Of a DNA stretch of 64,000 bases, positions 32,046 to 44,032 are shown one piece after another. Below the pieces are notes generated by a model that was not told the DNA's origin, searched no databases, and saw only the letters and a program-made list of their open reading frames with translations. Position numbers and translations under genes: made by a program. Each line of letters begins with the position of its first letter. Position 1 is the first letter of the stretch. Source of the stretch: Savitreella phatthalungensis (taxonomy: Eukaryota); assembly GCA_051599415.1 (NCBI GenBank), contig AP039698.1, forward strand, positions 310,001 to 374,000, given 5' to 3'.

Positions 32046-34066
32046 GATGAGTTGGTAGATAGGTAGAAAGGAAGTTTTCTATAAACTGTATAATTTCGCA
32101 GGCGAAAGGGGAATGGTCTCTAGTTCTTGACCGCCTTTGCTCGTCGAGAACAGGTTACCTTTCCGAAGTCGGGGGATGGAGCGCTTAAGTAGGGCGATGA
32201 TGGTAGACCAGTGGCAACAGCGGGTGTCTCCGACTGAGTGAGAGAAGGTGTGAGTGAGGGAGTGAGTGTCTGGAAGGGATGGTGGTGTGGGTATTGGTGG
32301 TGATGGTGATGGTGATGGTGATGCTGGAGGAGGAGTGTATGTGGTCTTGGTGATGGACGTTGTCGTGGCAAGACGAGAAGAAACGGGAAATTCAGGACTC
32401 TAATCTGTGCAGAGTGAAATCTCAAGGAGCAGTGTGATTGATCTGTTGACCTGTTTCAGGTTGATAGACCCTTACAACCAAATCGAGGTCAACTTGTAAT
32501 TCGAGGATAGACGAGGTTGCTCGTGGCGGTTTAGGATTGATAGCTCCTCGTTTCAGACTGGGCGCGTGCAGGACAGAAATAGCACAGATTTATCTCAGCA
32601 GGGTCATGAAGAATCCCAATAATAATTCGGCATAGCCGCAGCCGCCTCGTGTTCAATCAACAAACTGAAGCACAAGCAAAATTTAGAAAAAAAACTTTTT
32701 TTCTCCCGGTCTTCAATTACTCTTCCTGTCCCTGTCCCTGATTTGGTGGGTGCGTGGCTACATTGGCGTGCCGTCACAGGGAGACCCAAATTTTAGAGAA
32801 CTCTTTTTGTTTCCCCTGATCAAATTACAGCAGCCTTTGATGATTCAGATCGTGGGAGATGCAGGGGTTCATCATCCTCGGAGTTGAAACAGAGCTTCGG
32901 TTCTTGACAACAAGAAGTCTATTTCCGGAGATATTCTTCGTCCTGGATCTACAAACTAGCTAAGGTCAAATCAAGAATTGTCCCGTGAGTCTCGATCAAA
33001 TTCTCGGCCGCGCTCGGCGCGTCTCTCCCACCTCTTCTCCACATGCTTTTGATAGCCCAGTCGCTCTACCTCTCCCTTCCTGTCACTTGCCCTGGAGCTG
33101 GGTCAACGAAGTGACTCTCTGGACTGAGACCCATCTCTGTGCTGTGTTCACGGCAGGACAGCTTGACATGTCAAAGTGACGGAACTAATCCCCCGGATTC
33201 TGATCTCCCCGTACGTGATCATCAGAAGCCGGAGTTGATCATTCGCACTCACCATGATACGCATATGCAGTGTGGGCTCTCGTTGGATTTGTTTGCATGA
33301 CGTACTGTGGTTCTCGCCGGTGATTGTCGATTGCCTCCTCGCTTTCGTGGGATAGGCACTGACCAAATTCATTTCCTCATTAACCTTCTGGAGGCGATGC
33401 ATCTCGCCCCTCGGTGACGAACATTCTTCCTACCATTCATCCTGCAACAGTAGCCCGCTCGATTTTCCTTGCTATGGTCTAGCTCGGTCCCGAATGCCCG
33501 AGATCCAAGAAATTATCAACCTTGTCGGCGGTTCTGCCTGGGTAGATACATCATCCTTAGCATCAAATCGTCCGCGTGACCATCACCCATTACCCCAATC
33601 GGCAATTCCACAGAATCCCGAATGAACAGAACTTCTAGATCGACTCGGCCGAAGGCGTAGCCGATGGGAGGTCTTCAAATGGTGCCCCCGAGCCGCGGCA
33701 CATCGGTGAAACCCTGAGAATACCATCATTGAAGATTCAGTATCGCCGAGAACGACCTACACTCCGATGTGTGCATCTCAGGACAAAATCGACCAGTTTG
33801 TCAGATCGACCATAAGTTTTAGCACCCGGGGCTTGCACGAGCAAGCTAAACGGAGGATGCACGAAACCGAACCTATATACTGTACAGAGCGCAAACCTCG
33901 ATCGCATCACGAGCACGTGTAATTTCACTACCCCATAAACCACGTAGCTTCCCCGGTACGTGCCTCCATCCAATTGATCGTCAATCGAGAGTAAAGCTTC
34001 CACACATTAAGACAAAGACCTCCTCCTTGCACAAGGACCTGCCATCTACACGGTCAACGCGGTCGC

Positions 34067-34495
34067 ATGTCTGTCAACAACTTCTTCCTGGCCGACCGGT
34101 TTGCGGTGGCTGGTGCTTCGGCGGATCCTGCGAAGTACGGGTACAAGGTGTTGCGGTGGTACAAGTCTCATGAGTTGCCTGTGACGCCTATCAACCCCAA
34201 GGAGGGCCTGCGGATCTTGGACTTGGACGCGGTGACATCGCTGGAGAAGCTCGATGACCCTCAACATACCGCCGTCAGCGTCATCACACCACCTAAAATC
34301 ACACTACCACTCATCGACACCGCTGAGAAACTAGGCGTGCCGTCGCTCTGGCTCCAGCCGGGGACATTCGACGAAGCCGTCGTAGCGAGGATCAAGAAAT
34401 CACCAATCAATATCATCGCACAGGGAAGGTGTATCCTGGTAGAAGGATCTGAAGCGCTGGCGATCGCAAAGCTGCACGGCGGTAAGAAGTTGTAG
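34067..34495 (+). CDS. Small CoA-binding (YccU-like) Rossmann protein
   Basis: FAVAGAS.DP.KYG.KV, TPINPK, VSVITPP, WLQPG, GRCILV pattern of the CoA_binding_2 family. Confidence 0.85.
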   Translation: MSVNNFFLADRFAVAGASADPAKYGYKVLRWYKSHELPVTPINPKEGLRILDLDAVTSLEKLDDPQHTAVSVITPPKITLPLIDTAEKLGVPSLWLQPGTFDEAVVARIKKSPINIIAQGRCILVEGSEALAIAKLHGGKKL

Positions 34496-34629
34496 GACAA
34501 AGGGGATTTTCCAATATCTGTACACGTACGTATGTATGCATGCTTTTTTCTCTCAATAGTATATACAGAGATAGTTGGGAATGATCAGGATGTTGGCATG
34601 TGCCAAAGTTAGGAGAAGTGCCAGGGTGC

Positions 34630-35736
34630 TCAGCGACCCTGCTCAAAGTTCTCTGCATCGCGCATGTGAACTACACCGTTTCTGACCTCTGCGATCTTGA
34701 GGCTTCCGGCGTGTGAGTGTTTCTGGGAGCGTGCGGCGTCGTCTGCGTCTAGGGGCAGTGGATGAGGGAGTGATGTGATGTGGTGGTCTGCTTCGTCGAT
34801 GAACTTGACATCGGTCGAGCGCGACTGGAGCAAGATGGTCGTGGGTCCTGTGAAGCGGACGTACAGCTGATCGCCCCAGACGAGCTTGCGGCCTAGTCGC
34901 TTGACGGCGTTCCAGCCAGACACAATGTAACCCCAGGTGTCCGTCTGTCCCATCACGCGGAAGAACTCGTACCGGCGGAGAAAGTCACGGATCTGAAGCC
35001 GGGGTTTCCGCAGCTGGACGCCGAGTGGCAGGCGCAGCTTGATGGATTCTGGCTTCGGGCACGAAGCCATGTAAGCGACCACATTCGATGGGTGCAGCAC
35101 GTAGCTCTCCCCACCGTTCAGCACAAGCTCGTACACCTGACCATCGCCACACACAACCGCTGAGCCACGGCCCGTCAGCACAGTGCTCGTCCCGAGCAAC
35201 CCACCGTCGATCCCATCCTGAGCAGTCCGAGGTTGCAGGCCGCTCCAGCACAGCAGGGCACGCTTGCTAGTCACATTCCAATCGACCCTGCCGTCTAGCT
35301 CGAGCACAGCGAAGCTTGTGGCGGTCGAGCGAGTGCCGATGAGCGCGGTGAATGGCTCCGACGATGTCAGCTTCTGGTAGAGGAAGGGCGTGTTGGTGAG
35401 GGCCCTGGTGGCGGTGGATGTGAGACCGGTCGAGAAGACCGACAGGTGGGAAGTGATGGCGTTTGCAGAACCATTGATCCCGACGAGCGATCCACGGCGC
35501 GTGTACAGTGGTGCATTACGAGGCACGCTAGCATTCAGCAAGCTGAACGGAGATCCGGTCACGCTGAACACAGGTCGTTCTGGAAATGGACCATGCCCGC
35601 TCAGTGATGGCAAGTCAACTTTGAACGAGGGTGACGATACACCGCCAATCACAGCTGTTGAGTGAGTGGATGTGCCTGGGTGTACAGTGGCATAACAGCG
35701 GCGTGAAGCTGAGGCCCAGAACTGCGGCCTAGTCAT
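34630..35736 (-). CDS. AIM24: Mitochondrial biogenesis protein Aim24
   Basis: Presequence-like N-terminus; F.V.GSPFSLL, YTRRGSL, PFLYQK, LDGRVDW, GRG, FTGPTTILLQSR. Confidence 0.85.
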   Translation of the reverse strand: MTRPQFWASASRRCYATVHPGTSTHSTAVIGGVSSPSFKVDLPSLSGHGPFPERPVFSVTGSPFSLLNASVPRNAPLYTRRGSLVGINGSANAITSHLSVFSTGLTSTATRALTNTPFLYQKLTSSEPFTALIGTRSTATSFAVLELDGRVDWNVTSKRALLCWSGLQPRTAQDGIDGGLLGTSTVLTGRGSAVVCGDGQVYELVLNGGESYVLHPSNVVAYMASCPKPESIKLRLPLGVQLRKPRLQIRDFLRRYEFFRVMGQTDTWGYIVSGWNAVKRLGRKLVWGDQLYVRFTGPTTILLQSRSTDVKFIDEADHHITSLPHPLPLDADDAARSQKHSHAGSLKIAEVRNGVVHMRDAENFEQGR

Positions 35737-36511
35737 CCCAGTGATTGTAATCGGGGGTGGAGCAGGTATGTGACTGAATCGGCAGATCAGTGATTGAGCA
35801 AAAGGAGGGCGAGTGGTTGACTGGATGCTCTTGAACGTGTGTAATTGTGATCTGCCTGGTGATAGAACTTGAGCTTTGCTGTACTATCGTGCGAGGTGAA
35901 GATATATATCCTGTACGTGTAGTGACTGTATATGATACTGAAGGTGTCCTGGAGATGGATTCACGTGTTTCTAGCCATTCAAGACAGTACGGCCGGCCAA
36001 TTTCGTGCATCCAAAGTCAGTCTCTTCTAATCGTCTAATTCTACTTTAATAAATTTCTGGTCGACTCAATAGAATCAGAGCAGGAGTTATTGAATGTCCA
36101 CTATGACATCTATTAAGATGTGCGCGTACACGTGTTGCACTGACTTTGTGCATATACTTGTTCATTTAGTCAACACCGTCATCTACTGCCCCCACTCACG
36201 TACACTACACTACATAGCACATTACATCCCATACACTACTCCATACACAGACCTCTGTCAGCCAGAGCGCTCATCCCTTTTCGGTGCTTCATCATTCATC
36301 ATTCATCATCTTCCCAGCTCTTGACTGGACGCTTGGGGCAGTGTCATACGGTCTAATTGCACATCAGTCATTCTCTACACTTTCAACCAGAAGCGCATTA
36401 CACAATAGCGCAGTCGTGTTATTCTGCCCTCCAGCTCCGCATATTCCCCGACTCTGAGTCCTAGCTCGGGAGTAATTGATTCTTATCAACTGCGCACGAC
36501 TTCAGACAACT

Positions 36512-37807
36512 ATGGAGAACCTCACAAAGGCGCTCAACTTTGTGAACAAGGCAATCGCAGCAGACCGCAATGAGGAGTTTGAGTCGGCATATGCACTCTA
36601 CACATCTGCACTTGACTGGTTTGTCATCGCTATGAAGTGGGAGAAGAACGAGGCACGGAAACAGACCATCAGACTCAAGACCGTTGAGTACCTTGCACGA
36701 GCAGAACAGATCAAGGCTATGCTCAATGGGAAAAAAGACAACAAAGAGCAGGCATCGAGTGCAAATGGAGGTGGTGCAACAGCAGCCGCAAAGAAAGGTG
36801 GAAACAGCAATGCCAAAGGTGGCAACGATGATGACGACTCTGAGAATTCAAAACTTCGCGGCGCTCTCAGCGGATCCATCCTCTCAGAGACACCGAACGT
36901 CAGGTGGGAGGACGTTGCAGGCCTAGAACAGGCAAAAGAGACCCTGAAGGAAGCAGTGATTCTTCCACTCAGATTCCCAAAGATGTTTGTCGGCAACAGA
37001 CGGCCATGGCTCGGTATTCTACTATACGGTCCACCTGGAACTGGTAAATCCTACCTGGCCAAAGCCGTTGCAACAGAAGCAAAATCCACCTTCTTCTCTG
37101 TCTCCTCCAGTGACCTGATCTCTAAGTGGATGGGAGAGTCAGAGCGCCTTGTCAAGCAGCTCTTCAGCATGGCCAGAGAAAACAAGCCGGCAATCATCTT
37201 CATTGACGAGATTGACTCTCTGTGTGGTGCTCGAGGGGAAGGTACATCGGAAGCCTCAAAGCGCGTTATGACGGAATTGCTCGTCCAGATGAACGGTGTA
37301 GGAAAAGACACCACTGGCATCCTCGTGCTCGGTGCAACAAACATTCCATGGAACCTCGACCCTGCAGTTCGGCGGCGATTCGAGCGACGTGTCTACATAC
37401 CCTTACCGGATGCAGCTGCACGAGCGAGAATGTTTGAGATCAACGTCGGTGCAACTCCTCACGAACTCACGCCAAAGGACTTCCAGAAGCTATCTGAGAT
37501 CACCGATGGCCTGTCTGGGTCGGATATCGCGACCTGCGTCCGCGACGCCATCATGGAACCTGTCCGTCGCATCAACACAGCTACTCACTTCAAAGTCGTT
37601 GCAGACGACAAGCTCGTGCCTTGTTCTCCAGGAGATCCAGGCGCTATGGAAATGAGCTGGATGGAAGTCGACCCGGAGAGAGTAGCAGAGCCAGTGCTGA
37701 CAATGAAAGATTTTATCAAGGCCACAAAGAAGGCTAGGGGAACGGTCAGCGAGAAGGATATCCAAGCTCATATCGACTGGACAGAAGAGTTCGGCATGGA
37801 AGGATAA
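36512..37807 (+). CDS. VPS4: AAA ATPase Vps4
   Basis: MIT domain, GPPGTGKS, IIFIDEID, RRRFERR, PCSPGDPGA, C-terminal WTEEFG.EG; ATG at 36512. Confidence 0.97.
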   Translation: MENLTKALNFVNKAIAADRNEEFESAYALYTSALDWFVIAMKWEKNEARKQTIRLKTVEYLARAEQIKAMLNGKKDNKEQASSANGGGATAAAKKGGNSNAKGGNDDDDSENSKLRGALSGSILSETPNVRWEDVAGLEQAKETLKEAVILPLRFPKMFVGNRRPWLGILLYGPPGTGKSYLAKAVATEAKSTFFSVSSSDLISKWMGESERLVKQLFSMARENKPAIIFIDEIDSLCGARGEGTSEASKRVMTELLVQMNGVGKDTTGILVLGATNIPWNLDPAVRRRFERRVYIPLPDAAARARMFEINVGATPHELTPKDFQKLSEITDGLSGSDIATCVRDAIMEPVRRINTATHFKVVADDKLVPCSPGDPGAMEMSWMEVDPERVAEPVLTMKDFIKATKKARGTVSEKDIQAHIDWTEEFGMEG

Positions 37808-38400
37808 TCTGGGATGCAAGGATCTAAATTCCCCAGGGGAGGCACAGATGGACTGTGCATGTGTAATATGATACGGACCAGAAGGCGAACACCAATTCAG
37901 CCCTCAAGTCGGGCTGCGGGTCGTCCCCCGGAAGCAAACGAAGACACTGGAACAACGAGCGATAACACCGTAGCAGCCTCAGTGATACCCGGCCTTCTAG
38001 CTCCTTTATCATGTGTAATTCTATACCAATCTGACTGCTAACTGACCCAATGGTCACTCCATCGTTGCGTCCATGAGAGATGAGTAACGTGTGGAAGAAG
38101 TTCAAGCGTTTGCCTCAACTGCTGCGGAAATTATTCCCACAAACACGTGAATGTAATTGCGATCACCCTTCACATAACAGCTGCTATCTCGATAGTGTGG
38201 TGGATACACATATGCAGTAAGTATACAGTGTATACCGGCAGTGTACTTGTCCAGCACACACGTCAAGAACGCGCTTCTCACATCATCCTCTTCACCCTAT
38301 ACTACACTACACTACATCACCTGGACTGACGTGTGACTACTTGAGGAGTTACTGATCTACAAGCAGATCGAAACTCTCCAGACCGTAGTCAAAGCACGTC

Positions 38401-41400
38401 ATGGCTGATGAGCCCATCACAACTTCCGGGTCAAATCCTCCAAGCGAGAATACAGGCGTTACAGCCACCGTCGTCAACGAATTAGAGCTACAAGCAGCAG
38501 ACGTAGATCACACAGCCGATAAAGTCGTTGAAGAAGCTCCAATAGCCAGCATCGAACAGAACACCGAGCCAGAAGTTCCATTGCAAGAAGCGGTCTTACA
38601 ACAGGTTGAAAGTCCTCAGCAAGCTATTGAACCTGCATCTGCAGCAGACGCGCAAACAGACGGAGAAACCACACTAGCCGCAGAAGCATCTGGAGAGTCA
38701 TCAGCTTCACCGGCGGCCGCGGCACCTGCACCAGCACGCAAGCCGTGGTCACCACCCAAGAAGGCACTGACCACGGCATCCTCATACTTTGTCAAGAAGA
38801 CACTTGATACACTCAGCTCTGCTAAAGAGTCTCGGAAACGACAGCCCTTACGTGATGCAGTAACAAAAGCCTCGACCCAGGTTCAGAACGACTCTGCAGC
38901 TGTCGATCCGACCATCATTTTCGAGCCTTTGCGGTTAGCCTGCGAGTCTGCAGCGACGGCGCTCGTGCTTCCTGCGCTCGATTGCATCGGCAAGCTCGTC
39001 GCAATCTCCTTTTTTGATTGTCCAGCGCCGCCACGGACTACCAGGCAGGCCTCTGGCGCAGACGATGACGTCGTCGTACCGGAGCACAGGGCTGACGCGC
39101 CAACAAAAGCGCTGATTGAGCGGGTGGTCGATACTGTGTGCGACTGCTTTGGAGGCGAGGGCACAGACGACAAAGTGCAGTTGCAGATCGTCAAAGCCCT
39201 CCTCTCGGCCGTCCTTGACGACAACCGCCATGCTATCCTTCATCAGACTCCCCTACTGAAAGCCATCAGGCAAGTGTACAATATCTTCCTCCTCAGCAGG
39301 AGCGCGGGCACGCAGAGCATTGCACAGGGAACACTCGAGCAAATGGTCCATGCTGTCTTTGCACGTGTAAAGACTGGCAATAGCGACGACGTCGTCGCTC
39401 CAAGTTCGGATACCCCGACAGACAGTAACGGAGGCCGCGTGACGCTCGACTCGTTCGCACGTAGACAAAGCTTCGACCAAATCCCCGAAGCAGATCCATC
39501 CGTCGCACTCTCGGACGAGGAACTCCTCGTTAAGGACGCCTTTTTAATCTTCCGATCAATGTGTAAGCTCTCGACAAAGACGCTCGCCATCGACACAGCC
39601 AGCGATCTCAAATCACACATGGTCAGGTCAAAGCTGCTCTCCCTGCACATGATCTCCAACATCCTGAACCGGCACCTTGCAGTCTTCTTCTCGCCGAAAG
39701 CCGTGATTCGCTCTAGCCCGTCCTCGCCAGGCATTCAGTTTCTACAGGCAACAAAGCAGTACCTCTGCTACGCCCTTTCGCGCAATGCGGTCTCTCACAT
39801 CCCGCAGGTCTTCGAAGTGTCGTGTGAGATCTTCTGGAGAATGCTGTCATTGAGAACACATCTCAAACGCGAAATCGAGGTCTTCCTGATAGAAATCTAC
39901 CTGCCGATTCTCGAGATGAAGACAAGCACCTATCAGCAGAAGCTCACGTTCATGGATGTACTCGCTCGCCTTAGCAAAGACCCACGCGCTCTCGTCGAGC
40001 TCTACCTCAATTACGACTGCGACAGATCAGCAGCTGACAATATCTATGAGCGCATCATGAACGACCTTACGCGCATCACAGCGACCCAAGTCGCGCTCAA
40101 CGCAACTCAGCAACAGTGGCAAGATGCCAACCAGAACTTGACTCCTCGTCCGGAGCGAGACCATACTCGAACACCATCACTCTCGATCAAGAGCGTCGCC
40201 AGGGAAGACGATACGCAGGACATGCTTCCTCAGGATTACCAGCTCAAGCAGCTCGGCATGCGGTGCCTGATCGATATCCTGCGAGCCCTCGTCGAATGGG
40301 CAGACAATGGTATTGCTGTCGCCGCTGCCGCCGCCAACGGCTCAGAAGCGCCAGATGACGATCTCAGTCGTACATCCACCCCGCCTGACTCCCTCACACC
40401 GCGCAAAACGAATGCGCGAGACGCCCTGACCAACACCAACGCCAACACGGCCACTGTCGATGATCCCACACAATTCGAGAACCTGAAGCTCCGCAAGACC
40501 GCTATGGCTGACGCAGTCAAGCTCTTCAACTTCAAGCCGAAGAAAGGGCTTGCCGCGCTGATTCGACACGGTTTCCTCCGCTCTACAGAGCCACTTGACG
40601 TCGCCCGCTTCCTTCTGCACACCGACGGCCTCAACAAGGCGACCATCGGCGAATATCTCGGTGAGGGTGACGAGTTGAACATCCGTACCATGCACGAATT
40701 CGTCAACCTGCTCGACTTCGACAATCTTGGCTTCGTCGAGGCCCTCCGTCGCTTCCTCCAGACTTTCAGACTGCCCGGAGAAGCGCAGAAGATTGACCGG
40801 TTCATGCTCAAATTCGCTGATCGGTACATACAGGGCAACCCGGGCACTTTCGCCAACGCCGACACAGCCTACGTGCTTGCGTACTCTGTCATCATGCTCA
40901 ATACAGACGCTCACAGTGCACAGATCGCAAAAGCGAAGAAAATGTCAAAGACAGATTTCCTCAAGAACAACGGAGGCATCAACGACGGACAGGATCTCGA
41001 CCAGGAGTATCTCGAGGCGATCTATGACGAGATTCAGAGCAACGAGATTGTGCTGAAGGAAGAGCAAGACGCAGCCCTGATCAATGCACCAGCTCAGGCA
41101 TCCACAGGAGGCGCCTTTAGCTCGCTCGCCCTTGCAGCAGGCGGCGGTCGAGATCTCCAGCGCGAAGCCTATGTCGCTGCCTCTCAGGAAATGGCCAACA
41201 AGTCTGAAGCGCGATTCCGCAATCTTGCAAAGGGTGCCAAGACGCGCTACTATAACGCTTCACACTTCGAGCACGTCGGGCCGATGTTTGAGGTCGTCTG
41301 GATGCCGATCCTCGCGAGTCTATCCGGACCTTTGCAGAACTCTGATGACGTAGAGACAGTCCAGCAGTGTCTTGAAGGTTTCCGTCACGCTATCCGAATC

Positions 41401-43935
41401 GCCTGCATCTTCGACATCGAGCTCGCGAGAAACGCCTTTGTCCGCACCCTCGCCTGGTTCACCTCGCTCTCGAGTATCAACGATATGAAGCTGAAGAACC
41501 TGCTCGGCGTCAAGACCATTCTCGCCATTGCCCTGTCCGAAGGCAACGACCTCAAGGACTCTTGGCGTGAAGTCCTGACGGCAGTCAGCCAGCTCGAGCG
41601 TCTGCAGCTCATCACAGCTGGAATTGAGGAGGACTCGGTGCCGGAAATCAGCAATCGCGCCTCCCGCGCCTCCGCAGAAAGGCCCTCTTTCCAAACCGTC
41701 CGTCGTACACCCTACATGGGCATGATCGGTCAAGAAGCTCGGTCGCGCGAGCTAACAATTGCCATGGACAGAATCTTCACCTCAAGTGCGCAGCTCTCTG
41801 GCACGGCGATCGTCCACTTTGTGCGTGCCCTGAGCGCCGTCTCGTCTGAGGAAATTGCCTCATCCGCCCACACCGATTCCCCGCGGCTCTACTCCCTGCA
41901 AAAGATCGTCGAGATTTCATACTACAACATGGCACGTATCCGTTTCGAGTGGTCCAATATCTGGGCAGTCCTTGGCGACCACTTCAACGCTGTCGGATGC
42001 AATGCCAACACAGCCGTCTCCTTCTTCGCCCTCGACGCTCTCAGGCAACTCGCCTCACGCTTTCTCGAGATCGACGAGCTCCCGAACTTCAAGTTCCAGA
42101 AGGACTTCCTCCGGCCGTTCGAGCACATCCTCGCACACAACCCATCAATCGGCGTCAAAGACATGGTATTGCAGTGTCTGGTCCAGATGATCCGCAGCCG
42201 CGCGGCCAACATCAAGTCCGGCTGGCAAACGATCCTCTCCGTCTTCACCTTCGCGGCCAAAGAGCCCTATGAGCCGATCGTCAACACGGCATTCGAAAAC
42301 GTCCGAGTCGTGACCCGCGAGCGCATGGACGTTGTACTCGCTCAAGGCAGTTTCCCGAACTTCGTGTCGTGTCTGACAGTCCTGGCAAAGAATCACCGCT
42401 TCCAGCGCACATCGCTCCAGGCACTCGACCTCCTCCGGTCGACGCAGCGCGTCCTCGGCAATAGCGAGGACCTTGTCCGATTCTGGTTCCCGATCCTGTA
42501 TGGCTTCCACGACATCCTCATGTCCGGCGAAGACATGGAAGTTCGCAGCAGAGCTCTCCAGTACCTGTTTGAGGCGCTGACCGAGTATGGCGATGGATTC
42601 ACTCCTGAATTCTGGGACATCGTCTGTCGCCAACTCCTTTTCCCTATCTTCTTCGTCCTCAAATCTGACGAGGACGGGCCGAAGCTAGCAAACGTCGACG
42701 ATCTGACGATCTGGCTCTCGAGTACGCTCGTTGAGGCACTTCGAAGTCTAATCAACCTGTACACGCGCTTCTTTCCGAGTCTAGAACGCATGACCGATGG
42801 ATACCTCGATCTCCTGTCGTCCTGCATCTGCCAGGAGAATGACACACTGGCCCGGATCGGAAGCGCATGTCTACAACAGCTCATCAGCGAGAATGCGACC
42901 AAGTTCAACGACCATCACTGGACCCGGATCGTCAAAACGTTCGAAAACCTGTTCCACACGACGACCGCACACCAGCTCTTCCGTCAAGGCCCTCTGACTC
43001 CGTCAGCCTCGGAATCTGCAGCAGAAGACATCGGCAGCTCCGTCTTCGAGGGTAATGGCAACTCACTCGCGGACACAACGTCCATCTCCGACGCCGCCAC
43101 CACCAGCGGCCAGTCTCTCACGCAGCAATCATCTTCGACCACACCAGGAGGCACAACGCCCACAGCTGTACCTTCCTCACGCAAACGCGAATTCAACGCT
43201 CTCATCGTCAAGTGCGTCCTACAGCTGCTGTTGATCGAGGCTGTCGCAGAGCTACTCACCAAGCACACCCACGTCTATTCAGCCATGCCGACTGATGCTA
43301 TGCTGCTCATCCTCGACCTTCTCCGAGGCTCCTGGGCATTTGCTGGCAAGTTCAATGCTGATCGCGATCTGCGAGTGTCCCTGTGGCGGATGGGATTCAT
43401 GCGACAGATGCCGAACCTGCTACGTCAGGAAGTCGCCTCAGCTCACGCCTATCTCCGGGTCCTCATGAAATTGTACGCCGACAATCGTCTATCCCCCGAC
43501 AACAAAGCTCACCAGCAAGCCATCGACAGCAAGCTCATCCCAGCCTGCAACGCCATCCTCACAGACTTTGCACATCTCGATCCAGACTCGCAATCGCGGA
43601 ATCTGGCTGCCTGGCGCCCTGTCGTCGCTGCCCTCTTCAGGGAAGTAGCCCTGTCGTGGCCGACCGATGCGCTCACCACCCACCTCGCCTTGTTCTACGA
43701 TCACGCTGTCGAGATCCTGTCACTCGAAGGCGTCGCATTCGGTCTAGGGTCAGGTTCCGGGCCTGCATCAACAAAACCAGCTTCTGACCAGAATCCGGAG
43801 ATCGCACAGGAGGACCCATCAAACCTGGACCTGCGCAGGTGCCTGGCCGCCTTCTTCAAAAGAGTCCGTCGTGACTTTCTCTTTCCTTCAAAAACGAACG
43901 GTAACCACGCAAACCCAGTCTCGGTCTCCGTCTAG
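38401..43935 (+). CDS. SEC7: Large Arf-GEF Sec7/BIG
   Basis: DCB/HUS regions (YLNYDC), Sec7 domain FRLPGEAQKIDRFM and IMLNTDAH, HDS domains. Confidence 0.97.
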   Translation: MADEPITTSGSNPPSENTGVTATVVNELELQAADVDHTADKVVEEAPIASIEQNTEPEVPLQEAVLQQVESPQQAIEPASAADAQTDGETTLAAEASGESSASPAAAAPAPARKPWSPPKKALTTASSYFVKKTLDTLSSAKESRKRQPLRDAVTKASTQVQNDSAAVDPTIIFEPLRLACESAATALVLPALDCIGKLVAISFFDCPAPPRTTRQASGADDDVVVPEHRADAPTKALIERVVDTVCDCFGGEGTDDKVQLQIVKALLSAVLDDNRHAILHQTPLLKAIRQVYNIFLLSRSAGTQSIAQGTLEQMVHAVFARVKTGNSDDVVAPSSDTPTDSNGGRVTLDSFARRQSFDQIPEADPSVALSDEELLVKDAFLIFRSMCKLSTKTLAIDTASDLKSHMVRSKLLSLHMISNILNRHLAVFFSPKAVIRSSPSSPGIQFLQATKQYLCYALSRNAVSHIPQVFEVSCEIFWRMLSLRTHLKREIEVFLIEIYLPILEMKTSTYQQKLTFMDVLARLSKDPRALVELYLNYDCDRSAADNIYERIMNDLTRITATQVALNATQQQWQDANQNLTPRPERDHTRTPSLSIKSVAREDDTQDMLPQDYQLKQLGMRCLIDILRALVEWADNGIAVAAAAANGSEAPDDDLSRTSTPPDSLTPRKTNARDALTNTNANTATVDDPTQFENLKLRKTAMADAVKLFNFKPKKGLAALIRHGFLRSTEPLDVARFLLHTDGLNKATIGEYLGEGDELNIRTMHEFVNLLDFDNLGFVEALRRFLQTFRLPGEAQKIDRFMLKFADRYIQGNPGTFANADTAYVLAYSVIMLNTDAHSAQIAKAKKMSKTDFLKNNGGINDGQDLDQEYLEAIYDEIQSNEIVLKEEQDAALINAPAQASTGGAFSSLALAAGGGRDLQREAYVAASQEMANKSEARFRNLAKGAKTRYYNASHFEHVGPMFEVVWMPILASLSGPLQNSDDVETVQQCLEGFRHAIRIACIFDIELARNAFVRTLAWFTSLSSINDMKLKNLLGVKTILAIALSEGNDLKDSWREVLTAVSQLERLQLITAGIEEDSVPEISNRASRASAERPSFQTVRRTPYMGMIGQEARSRELTIAMDRIFTSSAQLSGTAIVHFVRALSAVSSEEIASSAHTDSPRLYSLQKIVEISYYNMARIRFEWSNIWAVLGDHFNAVGCNANTAVSFFALDALRQLASRFLEIDELPNFKFQKDFLRPFEHILAHNPSIGVKDMVLQCLVQMIRSRAANIKSGWQTILSVFTFAAKEPYEPIVNTAFENVRVVTRERMDVVLAQGSFPNFVSCLTVLAKNHRFQRTSLQALDLLRSTQRVLGNSEDLVRFWFPILYGFHDILMSGEDMEVRSRALQYLFEALTEYGDGFTPEFWDIVCRQLLFPIFFVLKSDEDGPKLANVDDLTIWLSSTLVEALRSLINLYTRFFPSLERMTDGYLDLLSSCICQENDTLARIGSACLQQLISENATKFNDHHWTRIVKTFENLFHTTTAHQLFRQGPLTPSASESAAEDIGSSVFEGNGNSLADTTSISDAATTSGQSLTQQSSSTTPGGTTPTAVPSSRKREFNALIVKCVLQLLLIEAVAELLTKHTHVYSAMPTDAMLLILDLLRGSWAFAGKFNADRDLRVSLWRMGFMRQMPNLLRQEVASAHAYLRVLMKLYADNRLSPDNKAHQQAIDSKLIPACNAILTDFAHLDPDSQSRNLAAWRPVVAALFREVALSWPTDALTTHLALFYDHAVEILSLEGVAFGLGSGSGPASTKPASDQNPEIAQEDPSNLDLRRCLAAFFKRVRRDFLFPSKTNGNHANPVSVSV

Positions 43936-44032
43936 AATACACTCACGCAAACGTCCACGCACACGCACATGCACGTATCCTGTACATACATTACAAATAC
44001 ACTATTCATACATGAGCCTCTCCTTTCCCCCT

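Noticed and set aside
32120..32425. His-rich 101-aa ORF upstream of eEF3
   Set aside because: Non-ATG start; the poly-His comes from a CAY-type microsatellite in the promoter/leader
32780..32880. Box C (ATGATGA) and CTGA on the minus strand upstream of eEF3, a possible C/D snoRNA
   Set aside because: No recognisable rRNA-complementary guide or convincing terminal box D and stem
33680..33760. CTGAGAATACC resembling a TPP riboswitch core
   Set aside because: The downstream ACTTGAT/GATAAT..CAGCG elements are absent and no thiamine gene is adjacent
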